Part shown: positions 32,141 to 43,975 of the stretch, piece by piece
Layout of the letters: the number at the start of each line of letters is the position of its first letter
Numbering within the stretch: the stretch's first letter is position 1
DNA from: Picochlorum sp. SENEW3
Lineage: Eukaryota
Direction of reading: 5' to 3'
DNA length: 64,000 nt
Assembly: GCA_034226945.1 (NCBI GenBank)
Contig: CP120456.1
Location: forward strand, 434,001 to 498,000
Notes under the pieces: model-generated
Databases searched by the model: none
What the model saw: only the letters and a program-made list of their open reading frames with translations
What the model was told of the DNA's origin: nothing
Made by a program: the position numbers and the translations under genes

Positions 32141-34171
32141 ATGGGCCCGAAAAAGAAGGATAAAGGTGGCGACAGTGGGGACACGCTCACGAGAATCGCC
32201 ATTGTTGGGGCTGAAAAGTACGTTGTTGCCCTTTCGTGGGGTCCTTTGTGTCAAGGATGCGATCGGCTATGGGCTGATGGATCCGTTGGACGAGCGATGC
32301 AAGCACCATTCTGACGGCGAATGTGTTTTACACTTTTATTCGATCAATATCGATCGTAGTCAAATAATGATGCTAAAATGGACATGTTTATGTGCAGATG
32401 TAAGCCTAAAAAGTGTAGACAAGAGTGTAAGAAGAGTTGTCCTGTCGTGAAGATTGGAAAGCTTTGCATTGAGGTTACTCCAAGTTCTAAATTAGCCTGG
32501 ATTTCGGAAGAATTGTGTATCGGATGTGGTATTTGTGTGAAAAAGTGCCCGTTCGAGGCGATTATGATTATCAATTTGCCAAAGAATCTGGAAAAGGAGA
32601 CGACACATCGTTACGGCCCAAATGCATTCAAGCTCCATCGTCTTCCAATGCCTAGGCCTGGGCAGGTCTTGGGTTTGGTTGGATCAAACGGAACGGGGAA
32701 GAGTACCGCGTTGAAGATTCTCGCAGGAAAGCTCAAGCCAAACCTTGGTCGGTTTGATAAAAATCAGCCAGATTGGGCAGAGATTTTGGCATACTTCCGT
32801 GGAAGTGAGCTTCAAAATTACTTCACCAAGATATTAGAGGACGATTTGAAGGCGATTATTAAGCCACAGTATGTCGATCATATTCCAAAGGCGGTGCGAG
32901 GTAACGTATTGGATGTGATCAAGGAAAAGGATGAGAGAGGTGCGAAGCAACAGTTGATGACAGAACTGGACCTCTTGCAAGTTACTGATCGTAATGTGGA
33001 GAATCTTAGCGGTGGTGAATTGCAGCGTTTTGCAATTTGTATTGTAGCTGCTCAGGATGCTACCGTGTATATGATTGATGAACCATCATCATATTTGGAT
33101 GTGAGACAGAGAATGAAGGCTGCAGAAGTTATTCGTGATTTGCTCACTCCAGATAAGTATGTCATCGTTGTGGAGCACGATCTCTCCGTATTGGATTACT
33201 TGTCTGATTTTGTATGCTGCTTGTATGGAAAACCTGGAGCCTATGGAGTTGTGACCATGCCCTTCTCCGTGAGAGAGGGTATCAACATTTTCCTTGCTGG
33301 GTTTGTTCCAACTGAGAATTTGAGATTCAGAGAAGAGAGTCTCACTTTCAAAGTATCGGATGCTGGTATAGAAGCAGACGAGGATGAAAAGAGATTCTTG
33401 AACTACAAGTACCCTGCAATGAAGAAGACACAAGGAAACTTCACATTGAGCATAGAGGCAGGAGAGTTCAATGACTCTGAAATCATTGTTCTTCTGGGTG
33501 AGAATGGTACTGGTAAAACTACATTCATTCGTATGCTAGCAGGAATGTTAGAACCGGACGAGATTGATGGCGATAAATTGGATGAATTTGCCGTCTCCAT
33601 GAAGCCTCAAAAGATCAGTCCAAAGTTCCCAGGAACAGTGCGAGAACTCTTGCATAAGAGAATCAGAGACACATACCTTCACCCTCAGTTCCAAGCTGAC
33701 GTTATCAAGCCTCTGAATATCGAAGCATTGTATGACAATAGCGTGCAGACATTATCTGGGGGAGAGTTGCAAAGGGTTGCCATCACCATGTGTCTTGGTC
33801 AACCAGCAAATGTCTACTTGATAGATGAACCATCCGCATACTTAGATTCCGAACAGCGTATCATGGCTGCAAAGGTTATTAAACGGTATATTATGCACAC
33901 GAAGAAGACTGCCTTCATTGTGGAGCACGACTTTATCATGGCTGCATATCTTGCCGACAGGGTTATTGTATACGAAGGCCAACCATCAAAGGATGCTGTC
34001 GCCAAGACTCCAGAAACACTCTTGTCTGGCATGAACCGCTTCTTAAAGAATCTCGAGATTACATTCAGAAGAGATCCCACAAACTACAGGCCACGAATCA
34101 ACAAGAAGGAGTCTCTCAAGGATAGAGAGCAAAAGAGCATGGGCTCGTACTATTATCTTGACGATGATTAA
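32141..34171 (+). CDS. ABCE1: ABCE1/RLI1 ribosome-recycling ATPase, 2 exons
   Basis: Exon 1 [38 protein letters not shown] and [13 protein letters not shown]e-S motifs; two ABC cassettes ([26 protein letters not shown]). Confidence 0.98.
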
Positions 34172-34717
34172 GCCGATGTGTAATACGTTTCACAATGTAT
34201 GACATGGAACAACACCATATGCATTGATCAGTCACATCAGCATGCGCACGATTCGCATGAGCCCTGGCCAGTCACCCATATATGGGTATCCATCCATCTA
34301 GATGGATGGGGGCAGAACACCTGTCACACCGAGATTGAGTGAAAAATTCAAATCCAAAAAGAGCGGAGCAAGGGTCTGTCGGATACTAGTGCCATTAATT
34401 ATTAATAATATCCATAATTTTAATATTTGAGCATGACGATATTAGGGGGCAGGCCTGTCAAGGTGTTGTTTGAATTCCGCATTGTTGATTCTCGGGCAGC
34501 AGTTGTTCTCTGGAGTTCATCTGTGACCGCCCCTGATGTATCAGTTACCATCAGAGAGGCTATATATCATCAAGATGGTATACAGATGGATCGCCGACAC
34601 CGTTTTCTCCAATATTGGAGTGCGGACCACACTAGTACCAAGGTTGGTTGAGAGTGCCTTGTACTTTTATGGGGTTGCGTTTCATACATTGTCAATGGCT
34701 GTTTGTTGGTGTAGATA

Positions 34718-35515
34718 ATGCTTCGAAAGAGGACGGGGCTAGACATATGCGATGAGGCAATAATAATGGACAGGATGCTTGGGGACTTTGTGAGTGTTGA
34801 GGGTCAAAACAGGGTGGTTCGAATCAGGGGTGAGGTGGTCCTCTCAACGACTCTGGATGATGTCGACAGTATGGAATCCCCACCATTCTGTCTTATTGAT
34901 GTCGAATGGGATGATGATGATCACACTCACTGCTATGATAAAGGCGAGGGAAACGAAGAAAGAAATACTAAGAGAGAGAAACCTCCAGGGAATGCCTTCA
35001 GTGTGCTCATGGGTGCTCAAGAGGCGATTCATCGGAACAGGTCGCTGGCGGAAAAGACTGCGTTGCCGGATAAAAGAGAAGAGAAGCACGGAAAGGATCA
35101 ATTACATAATGCATTGATCGAGTATTGTCTAGTGCATAAAATATATCTCAATGGCGCACTAAAAAGAAATCAAAGGAATGCATTCTGGAGGCTGCTTTTG
35201 AATCTGCTGTGGAAATTCAATGAACTTGGGATGGCAGAGTCGGCATGGAAGGTGAAACCTCCGGAAGATTTGAATCTTTTCCTTGGGTACTCATGGTGTG
35301 ATACAAGCAACCGATCCAAGCGTAAGAGACCAGAGTTGTCACAGGATCTCCGGGATGAGATGACAAGGCTGATCACAGAGCTCCAAGCAGAGCAATGGTT
35401 GGCGCCAGGGAGAGGCAATAAAATGGATGGATTTGTTGATGGAATTCAGCGGACGTTGAAAGCTGAGATGGATGATGGTATGATTGCTGCTAAATGTCAT
35501 AGGGTGTCGGAGTAG
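34718..35515 (+). CDS. Uncharacterised protein, possibly a decayed transposon-associated gene
   Basis: 265-aa ORF with NAFSVLM...LP...KDQLHNALI; coding-like sequence continues in another frame to about 35708; possible upstream exon from 34433. Confidence 0.4.
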   Translation: MLRKRTGLDICDEAIIMDRMLGDFVSVEGQNRVVRIRGEVVLSTTLDDVDSMESPPFCLIDVEWDDDDHTHCYDKGEGNEERNTKREKPPGNAFSVLMGAQEAIHRNRSLAEKTALPDKREEKHGKDQLHNALIEYCLVHKIYLNGALKRNQRNAFWRLLLNLLWKFNELGMAESAWKVKPPEDLNLFLGYSWCDTSNRSKRKRPELSQDLRDEMTRLITELQAEQWLAPGRGNKMDGFVDGIQRTLKAEMDDGMIAAKCHRVSE

Positions 35516-36050
35516 TCTCATGATAATCATCATGGTACACGGCGGAAGAGAGATAGAGTCGCACACGCTGAGGTGGCTGGAGACGCTGAGGGAGATGGAG
35601 CAGGAAGTCGGGAGGCCGCTGGAGCCGGAGAGAGAGGCGATTCGACTCACCATACCGATTCAGTTAGATATATTGACGTGGACCTCGGGAACAGCAGATT
35701 GTACATGACCCAGAATGGGACCAAGCGACTTGGGTCATCCAACAGGACAGAAAAGAAGGACTTGAGATACTCCTTGATGGATCGTATTCCGTTCACGTAG
35801 ATTTTCAAATCTCGAGAAGATTCAGATCTCAGTTTGTCTTTGGTTGTCTTGTCTTTCTATATGATACATGAATGAATGAGTGTGGGTTAGAGCACCCACA
35901 CTAGTACATGTCTTTTTTCACAGGTCCCGTCATTAGTTAGAGGCAATCCTCCTGATCAAGAGGCGACCTGGTCACGAAGTGCTGTTGTAATAAAAAAATA
36001 TGTAAGCATATGGTATTATGAAAGCATACATGGTGCCCAAATAAAAGAGA

Positions 36051-36272
36051 ATGGACCCGAAAGAGCACCAGTTGGAGGTGGCGTTTGAAATCAACAAGCT
36101 TTTGAACTGTGGACTGGACAAGGAGACATTGTCCATTTGTATGGGAATTTTAGAGACAGGAGTGAATCCTGAGGCACTTGCGGACGTGATTAAACATCTG
36201 AGAAAAGAGAAACAAAAACTGCTCGATTCTGAATCGAAAACTGGCGCTGGTGAGACAAGCACAGCTGAATAG
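36051..36272 (+). CDS. MZT1: Mitotic-spindle organizing protein 1 (MOZART1/GIP)
   Basis: AFEINKLLNCGLDKETLSICMGILETGVNPEALADVIKHLRKE. Confidence 0.93.
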   Translation: MDPKEHQLEVAFEINKLLNCGLDKETLSICMGILETGVNPEALADVIKHLRKEKQKLLDSESKTGAGETSTAE

Positions 36273-36324
36273 AGGCCAAGTGAATCATTTCATTTTGTAG
36301 TTGTATATATATATATATCTGAGG

Positions 36325-38399
36325 ATGTCTGATATTGATGGGCCTGTGAGTGCGTCAACGGACGATCCACCGCTGGTTGGAAACGTGGGGCAAGAGTTTG
36401 TGCAGAGCATGTTGGCGAAAAATCCCAAGGACGCCATCGATACTATTCAGCACAAGGCGTCCTTTAGGAATCCTCGATGTCAACCTCTGCTTGGATTACT
36501 GGATCAGTTGGGATTGGAGCGGAGAGAGTCTCATCAGTATGTTGTGAAGATGGCCATGGCAGCTCTTTTGGAAAAAATTCCACACCTGTCTGCAGATAAA
36601 ATGGTGGGTTTGTTGGAAGAAACATTTCCATTTATTGGTATTCCAGAACTCCGTGCTGTGCCTTTGGCTGTTCTGGACAAATTATATCCCATTCCTGTCA
36701 ATTTCGTGAAACAGTTGGCCATGGATAATGAAGTGTTTTGGGCTCTTCCTGCCAGAGTACAGCGCCAGATATGGGGACTGGATAAAAAGCTGCTGCAAAT
36801 GCATGCTCTTTCTTTGATCAATGCCTACAAATATGAAATGGCGACGTGGATGCAGACATTGAATATGGATGTTGGGATGGAGGAACCATCACATCCACAG
36901 TTGAGTAGGAAGATGCTGCGCAAAGGGAGTGCATCTCTAGCAAGCTTGACATCCATGGTGGGTTCAGATCCTCGGCTGTATAAATGCGTTACTGACATCT
37001 TTACCATGCGCTTTGATGATCGAGACTCGTCTATTTATGTGGGGATGAAGGAGTCAGCACTCTGTGCATGCAAGACTCAGCTACTGATGTCTCTCCAGGA
37101 AAAGGGTGAAGCTGCTGTGTGTGCCACTGACCGGATGCTGTCACTTGTCTGGGCGTTAGAGTCATGTATCCGCGATAAGCATATTAACGAGGATAAAATT
37201 AAAGAAATAGATGGTTTTCTGAAGCAAGCAGAAAGGGCAGAAGTGCATCGTATTGCACGATTGGAAAAGTCTAAATCTATCAAAGGCCCAAAAGCTATGC
37301 ATGGCGTGCATGTTGAGGATGACGCAGAGAGCGCTGGTCTTCCAGGTCCAGCAACTCAGAAAAGCATCAATAGAGAGCTCGGCGAGGCATCTATGTGTCT
37401 CAGGGACCCACCAGCCTTTCATCTGATTGTCCACGAGATTATCCGATCAATAGAAGCTTGTGTGGTGGAAGAACGGCTTCCACGAGACAATGAAAGGCTT
37501 TGCAGACTGACAAAAATACTCTGTGTCGCTGCAGAATCAAAGTTTATGTTCCGATCCGACGATTTTCAATATCTAAATCCAGACCCGCAATTGCTTGAGA
37601 CGCTCTACCCATACTTGGTTGGATTTGTGTTGGATGCAAAGTTGATGGAAATGAATGAACACGATTTGTTGATACGTCAAAGTGAAGCAATGGCAGAAGC
37701 GCACAAGGAAGTTGTATTCATCATGATTCGAAGTGAAGTCGCTCGAAAAGTCATTCAGGTATTCTCTTTGGAAAAGCTTGCCACAAAAGACCTGTGGATG
37801 GCAGAATCGCTCTTGGAACTCGTGGTACGTGGCATGATACATATACACACATAGTATGATGCATATATAACAACCAGAAATATATTTATTTCCAGGCTTC
37901 CTGTATTGATAAGGTGGCGACACCTGCCATTCCAGAATTTGCTCCATTTGCGTACACCCTAGCAAGAAGAATCTCCACCATGATTTCAAACAACATCATC
38001 GAGGTACAAGACGGCATCTGGAATCTCGCCGTGGAAAAGATATTGCTCAATCTTGTAGATTCTGAAACAGAAGCACACGAAGAAATACTACGGCTGCTCA
38101 TGGTTGCTGCGCCAAAACTAGACACTCAAGTCCTGGGGTCATACCTCGACACATGCTTGGAACAGAGTTCAAAAAGCAGACAAAAGCATTCAGAGCGAGC
38201 ATTAGAAGAGGAATCCCTTCCTCCTCGACACCACATGGGTAATTCATCATCGAATCGCTTTAATCATGACCAGGATGATGACTATCGACTTGGAAATGGG
38301 GATGGCGTTCATGGAACCTATACGCACATTGTTTCAAAGTACCCAGCACTACAAGATGCTTCCATTGCCCCAGTATTGCACGCATATCTATCCAAATAA
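36325..38399 (+). CDS. Negative elongation factor B (COBRA1)-like protein, 2 exons
   Basis: PKDAIDTIQ...PLLGLLDQLGLERRESH...LLEETFPFIGIPELRAVPLAVL...LPARVQRQIW parallels the COBRA1 N-terminus; in-frame intron 37825-37895. Confidence 0.8.
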
Positions 38400-38495
38400 T
38401 TACATTGTTCATTCTATGTTACACAGAGATCATTTACATACATGTATTTTTCTTCTCGTCGTCATAGTAAGCATCATCATCATAATAGTACATCA

Positions 38496-39461
38496 TCATC
38501 CATCAAGAGCTGTTGGATTCCGCAAGACAGTCGTCAACTTTCCACATGCAGGTAGTATACATTCTTTTCTCATGACCACACCAACCCCTTTCGTTTCATT
38601 TATATTCCTAAATAACTCGTGCGAATCATGCTTTGCCAGAACAACTGTGTTTCCCACGTGCTTTTCCAATTCCTTTCCAAATGCCATTGCCTGAGACTCA
38701 TCCTGAAAGATAACCACGCCATCCACCATGGAGCTACACTCTATCACAGGCTTTGTCTTTCGGACCTTACCATTCTTCCTCCTATTTTCCTCAAGCAACA
38801 TGGTCATCTCAGACTGCACACCCTCTTGGAAAATCCTCGTTCGTGGTGCATACACCCGAGCAGCAGCAGCCCGCCCATCTTGCACCGCCAACGTGTACAC
38901 CGCCTTTGGTACAGGCCACGGACATCCATGACAAATATCAAAACTGTTCTTCACTTCCTCATATTCATTCTTTTGTTTCTCCTTGTACGCATCGGACATG
39001 ACAAACCTCAGCAACTCCAGAGGAGACTGTGTGGGAAGCCCGTCCTCCTCCTCCTTGTTGATGAAAACCTCATCCCCCACCACAGACGATCCATCCCACG
39101 AATCCTCAAACGTCCTATTCCACGTTCCAACATCCCCCCTATATTCTACATCAATCGACGCCTCCGCAACACTCGTCTTCTCCTCCTCCTCCTCCAAATC
39201 ACACACATGCCCTTGAACATCCCCAACAATCATCTCCTCCGCCATAGGACACGGATAGCGAATCCTCCGCTCATGCCCATCAGGATACCGCAACACTCTC
39301 TCACACGTCGTCGCCCCTGACACACACCGAAAAGACGACGCTCGCGTACTCTTTCCCGCTCTCTGCCGAGCACTACACGACACCACCACACACGGGGACC
39401 TCCCCTCACTTCCCGTCACTGCTACGCCACCCCGCACCATCATCATCTCTGTCGCATACAT
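38496..39461 (-). CDS. Uncharacterised protein, possibly plastid-targeted
   Basis: Long ORF with a Ser/Arg/Val-rich N-terminus; start uncertain. Confidence 0.6.
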   Translation of the reverse strand: MYATEMMMVRGGVAVTGSEGRSPCVVVSCSARQRAGKSTRASSFRCVSGATTCERVLRYPDGHERRIRYPCPMAEEMIVGDVQGHVCDLEEEEEKTSVAEASIDVEYRGDVGTWNRTFEDSWDGSSVVGDEVFINKEEEDGLPTQSPLELLRFVMSDAYKEKQKNEYEEVKNSFDICHGCPWPVPKAVYTLAVQDGRAAAARVYAPRTRIFQEGVQSEMTMLLEENRRKNGKVRKTKPVIECSSMVDGVVIFQDESQAMAFGKELEKHVGNTVVLAKHDSHELFRNINETKGVGVVMRKECILPACGKLTTVLRNPTALDG

Positions 39462-40132
39462 GAATATTTCACTCACTCTGTGTACACAGCACCGTCGTAG
39501 ACGTTTAGTTAGACTGAACGACAAACAAGAGCGTGTTTGTTGTCGTCACACGCACCTGTTCTCTATACCACGGTACACGTGATGAAATAGAATCACAGAA
39601 TTTTCACAAGAACATATACAGTTCGTTCTATTACGGTTTTTGAATATTTCAGTCTTTACGACAATCACCCTTACAGGGCCAAGCGCAAAATGGTTGTGAT
39701 TTCTGTTTTCAAATTGGGAGAGATTGGAATTTTGTACCACCACTGGAGATCTGGATCTCCACCGGAGGATCAAGGATTTTTAATTCCGACGATGTGAATT
39801 ATACAACAATCTCCATTCGCGTTACGAGGAACTCGTGTCTTCTTGTTTCTTTGCTACTCTGCTGCTTTTATTGTCCATGGAAGTATTATTGACTCGCCTG
39901 TAAGAAGATATAGAAACAAAAGAAAACACCAGAGCAACAATTTCTGTTGTGTGTGTACTACAGCAACAAGAAGAAGAACATCAAGGGAAGGAACCACTCT
40001 CTTGCTACAAGGAACGAGAGGACCAAAACCGGACAGTAGTAGGCAACCGACGCGTCTCGTTGCCATTCTCCTTGTCACAGTAGCAAATTGTCCCATTCTG
40101 TATCTCTCCCTATAAATATACACAAGGATACC

Positions 40133-40911
40133 ATGATGAGGACGAATAAGAAACTCTTTGACCAGATATTTGAGCTCAAGTACCTCTGCAAGCAGCTGAA
40201 CCAGCATTCAAACAAGTGCGAGCAAGAGGAGAAGGCTCAAAAGAAAAAGGCCAAGTCTGCTTTGGAGAAGGGGAATATGGAGGGCGCAAAGATTCACGCG
40301 AGCAATGCTATACGTAAAAAGGGTGAAGCGTTGAACTATTTGAAACTGGCATCGAGGTTGGATGCCGTCATATCTAGGTTGGATCAGCAGAATACATTGA
40401 GTCAGGTGAATAAGAGTGCAACTGGTATTACAAAGAATATCAACAGGTTGCTTAGTTCGGTACCCACTGAGAAGATGGCATCGGTACGTGTGTGTATATA
40501 TATTTACTTTTTCATCACATGTATTACTATATCCCCGTGTTCTTCTTCTCCTTCTTCTTTGCATGCATCGTACCTTCTTCTTTATATGTACCTTTACATA
40601 TATGCGTCGATAGTATAGTAACACATGTATACATGTGTGTGCAGAATATGGGAGAGTTCACCCAGGCGCTAGAAAACTTGGACGTGGCCACTGCCAGCAT
40701 GGATGATGCCATGAATAAACAAGCTGCATCGATGCATGACGATGCTGCAGCAACAGAATTATTACAACAACTTGCTGATGAGAATGATATGAATCTCAAG
40801 ATTGCAGCCCCTGGGGCAGTGACCACACAATTGACATCTGAGAATGAAGGAAAGGAAGAAGAAGAAGGAGAAGACTTGATGGCCCGGCTGAATCAGCTCA
40901 AGGCCCTGTAA
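40133..40911 (+). CDS. CHMP1: ESCRT-III protein CHMP1/Did2/VPS46, 2 exons
   Basis: LFDQIFELKY...KGNMEGAKIHASNAIRKKGEALNYLKLASRLDAV; C-terminal MIM1 EDLMARLNQLK; intron about 40484-40643. Confidence 0.9.
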
Positions 40912-41095
40912 TGATATTCTCGTACCATTCTGTAGTCAAAATAACTTCAATAGTAATATTAATAATAGTGTGGATGTCTGTGATGTATATCTATGACAAC
41001 AGAAGGTGCTCGAATCAAAGATCATTCCCGAGGGCCACTTTGAAAATACAGCAACACGGCGTGGTAGCAGGGAGATTTAGCTGCTCCCTATAGAA

Positions 41096-41896
41096 ATGAC
41101 TACATCTGTATCCAGTCCTGCGTCAACAGCAACAGCAGCAACAGCAAAAGCGATGGTGGGGACAAAGACGTGGGAGGATCTTCGACGGGAGGTGTGTTTG
41201 GGCTTTTCTTCACGTATCCAGTGCTTCAGTTAACCAATGTGTGTTTATATACAGGCAAGAAAGATAGAGAATGAATTAGATATGAAATTAGCTGCGTTTG
41301 GCAAGCTATGCTCGAGGTACGAGTACGGGTACACGGGCGGAGAGAGTGGGATATCTGCAGCAACGAGTTTGAGCATGGCATCGAGTGAGATTGAGTCGTT
41401 GATTGCTCAGTTGACGACACTGAATAGTCATATGAGTGTGCAAGAGACTTCAGAGTCCCGGGCTCATATTGTGGCGAGGCATAAGGATATTTTGCATGAT
41501 TATTCACAAGAGTACAAGAGGCTGGGGAATATTGCAGCAGCGTCTAGGAACAGGGCGGATCTGTTGGGTTTGTCGGGTGGACAGGTGTCGAGTGGAAGTC
41601 ATCAGCCGGGTAGTGCAAAGGGTCAGTTGTTGCGGGAGAGGGGAGCGTTGGATCGATCGGCGTCAGCTCTGGATACAGTGGTGTCTCAGGCGTATGGGGT
41701 GTCATCGAGCTTGGGGCAGCAGAGGCAGTTGTTTGATAGTATTGATAGTCGATTGGCAATGTTGGGTGCCAAGTATCCTGTGATGAATTCGGTGTTGAAT
41801 GCGATTCGGAGGAGGAAGAATCGGGATAATGTGATTTTGACTGGGGTGACTGCTGTGTGTATTGTCTGCATGTTGATCTATTGGATGAACAAGTGA
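41096..41896 (+). CDS. GOS1: Golgi Qb-SNARE GOS1/GOSR1, 2 exons
   Basis: WEDLRRE|ARKIENELDMKL, RHKDILHDYSQEY, LLRER, AIRRRKNRDNVIL plus C-terminal TM. Confidence 0.92.
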
Positions 41897-42019
41897 GATG
41901 CTGCTCGGCGGTTTCTTTTGTCCTGTATATATATATTTATAAATTTCGTACTCTATTACATATTAATCTATGTAGATAGATACTGCTTCTGTGGATGAAG
42001 ATGCAGTGGGTTGATTGCA

Positions 42020-43596
42020 TCAGTAGCAGTTGGTATCATATGCCCCGTTTGGGCACACATCTGGTTTCCATGGCGCATAAGGTTTCTTCCCCGTCTGCGA
42101 TGATGCCGGAAGGCTTTTAATCCTTCGTATAGTGCTTTGCTCGCTGATGTTTTCTTCATCAGATAATGATTGAATACGCCTGAGATTGGTGGTGACCACG
42201 CCACATCGTCGAAGGAATGCTGCAATTGTTGCAGAAAGATACCCAAGGTAGTCTCCCTCTTCTGTCTGAAGTGCAAGTGAGGAGTTTCTGTCTACTGGAG
42301 AAGTGAGCCAGTATTTCAAATATGCTGGTTCGCCACGAGCCCATACCATGTGATTCTGCACATACATGATGATGATGAGATTGTCAGGAATAGTATATTG
42401 TAGGTGATATGGCATACATACCCTCTCTTCATAGCGAGAGGCTCCAAAGAATACAATATAGTAGTTTGTAATGTACCCTGAAGCAGCAGACAATGATATA
42501 TGTATACATTAGTGTCGACTCACCTCGAATTCATCATATGACAGTCCAAACTGGGAAATTCCAACACGTTGGACATAGCCTGGTATGATCAGGAATATGA
42601 ATTTCACGCGTTATATACATATGAATAACAGATGAACACAGTATATAATAATAATACTAGTCAATCAACAAACGTACCTTTACGCTGAAAATATTCCAAT
42701 AAAGATTTGACACCCGCCCGTATACTGTCCAAATCAGGACTCGCTGATAACAAACTATCCTTTGAATTCGCTGCAGTGACGGAAAAGAAGGGAGAAATAC
42801 CCATAGCCTCGGCATCCTCTGTATATATCTCTTCCAGAATGTGTTTCAATACATACGATCCTATCGCAATTCGCGCGTTCCTAATATACGTGTCTCGTTT
42901 CCTGTATGCATAGTCTTCCTCCTCAGCATCCACAGTGTCTGTAGGAAGTTTTGGTGCCATTTGCAACAACACCTTCCCCCTGATATATGTCTGGAAATCA
43001 AAATAGGCCGCATCTCCATACGAGCCTCTCCCTTGCACGATACCACAATGCCCGCAGGCCTGAGCCTCTCTGAATCTGGGCAATTCCTTCTCTATGAGCT
43101 CATCAACTCGTTGCCTGTATTCCTCCAATCGCGTTATCCCGGCAGCTGCGTCCATTGCTCTGATCAAAACGTTTGCAAACTCTGCATCTAATCGTCTCTT
43201 GTTCATACCAGGGGGACCCCGCATCTGCCTCCTCTCACCTCGAGGGATAAATTTATTCCCATAGTACTCAAACTCTTGCTTCCATAATGATGCTTCCGAC
43301 CCAATGCCCTTGGCGATGGCATCAATTCCAGGTATACCAGCTATAAAGGTGACAAGAGACATTCTCCGAGACCCATGAAGCCAACGATGCATCGATCCTG
43401 TGGAAGAAGATGAAAGAGGACGTGGCGATTCGTTTTTTTTTGCAGTGTCGTCGTCCTCCCGTTCAGTCCCACCAGTCGCCCGCGGATTCCTTACCCCCCT
43501 CTTGGACCTAGTACTCTCATCTGAAAATGTACCACGAATACCGCATACGGAGAATCTTTGTCTACAGGAAGGATTGCAGACTGGAGCACTTCCCAT
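42020..43596 (-). CDS. Uncharacterised multi-exon protein, possibly thylakoid/plastid
   Basis: ORFs 42661-43596 and 42020-42493 on the same strand with GT-AG signals between them; RR plus hydrophobic segment near the N-terminus; exon structure approximate. Confidence 0.5.
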
Positions 43597-43975
43597 GTCG
43601 TCTTACAGAGAATCAACGCAAACTCCTTCTACTATCTATGTCTATACTCTTAATGGCATTAAGTACAAACTATGTTGCAGTAGAAAATACATGGACTCTG
43701 CGATGCCCATGCAATCAATGGTATTTCTCCATCCTTCTATAAGAGTGGTCAGATGGGGCGCATGCGCCCAGCTAGCTGGGCTTGGAAATGCCTGCATGCT
43801 TTAGGAATTGAGAACTCAAAGATGCATGCATTGCCAGCATGAGTAGGTGCAATTATATGCACATATTTGATTATTACATTAAATACATATATTGGAAGAA
43901 CAGGATGATGATGGATTGGTGATGGTTGGTGTCAACATGATGATGGTTTTGAATGCGTTTGAGTAAACACCCGAT

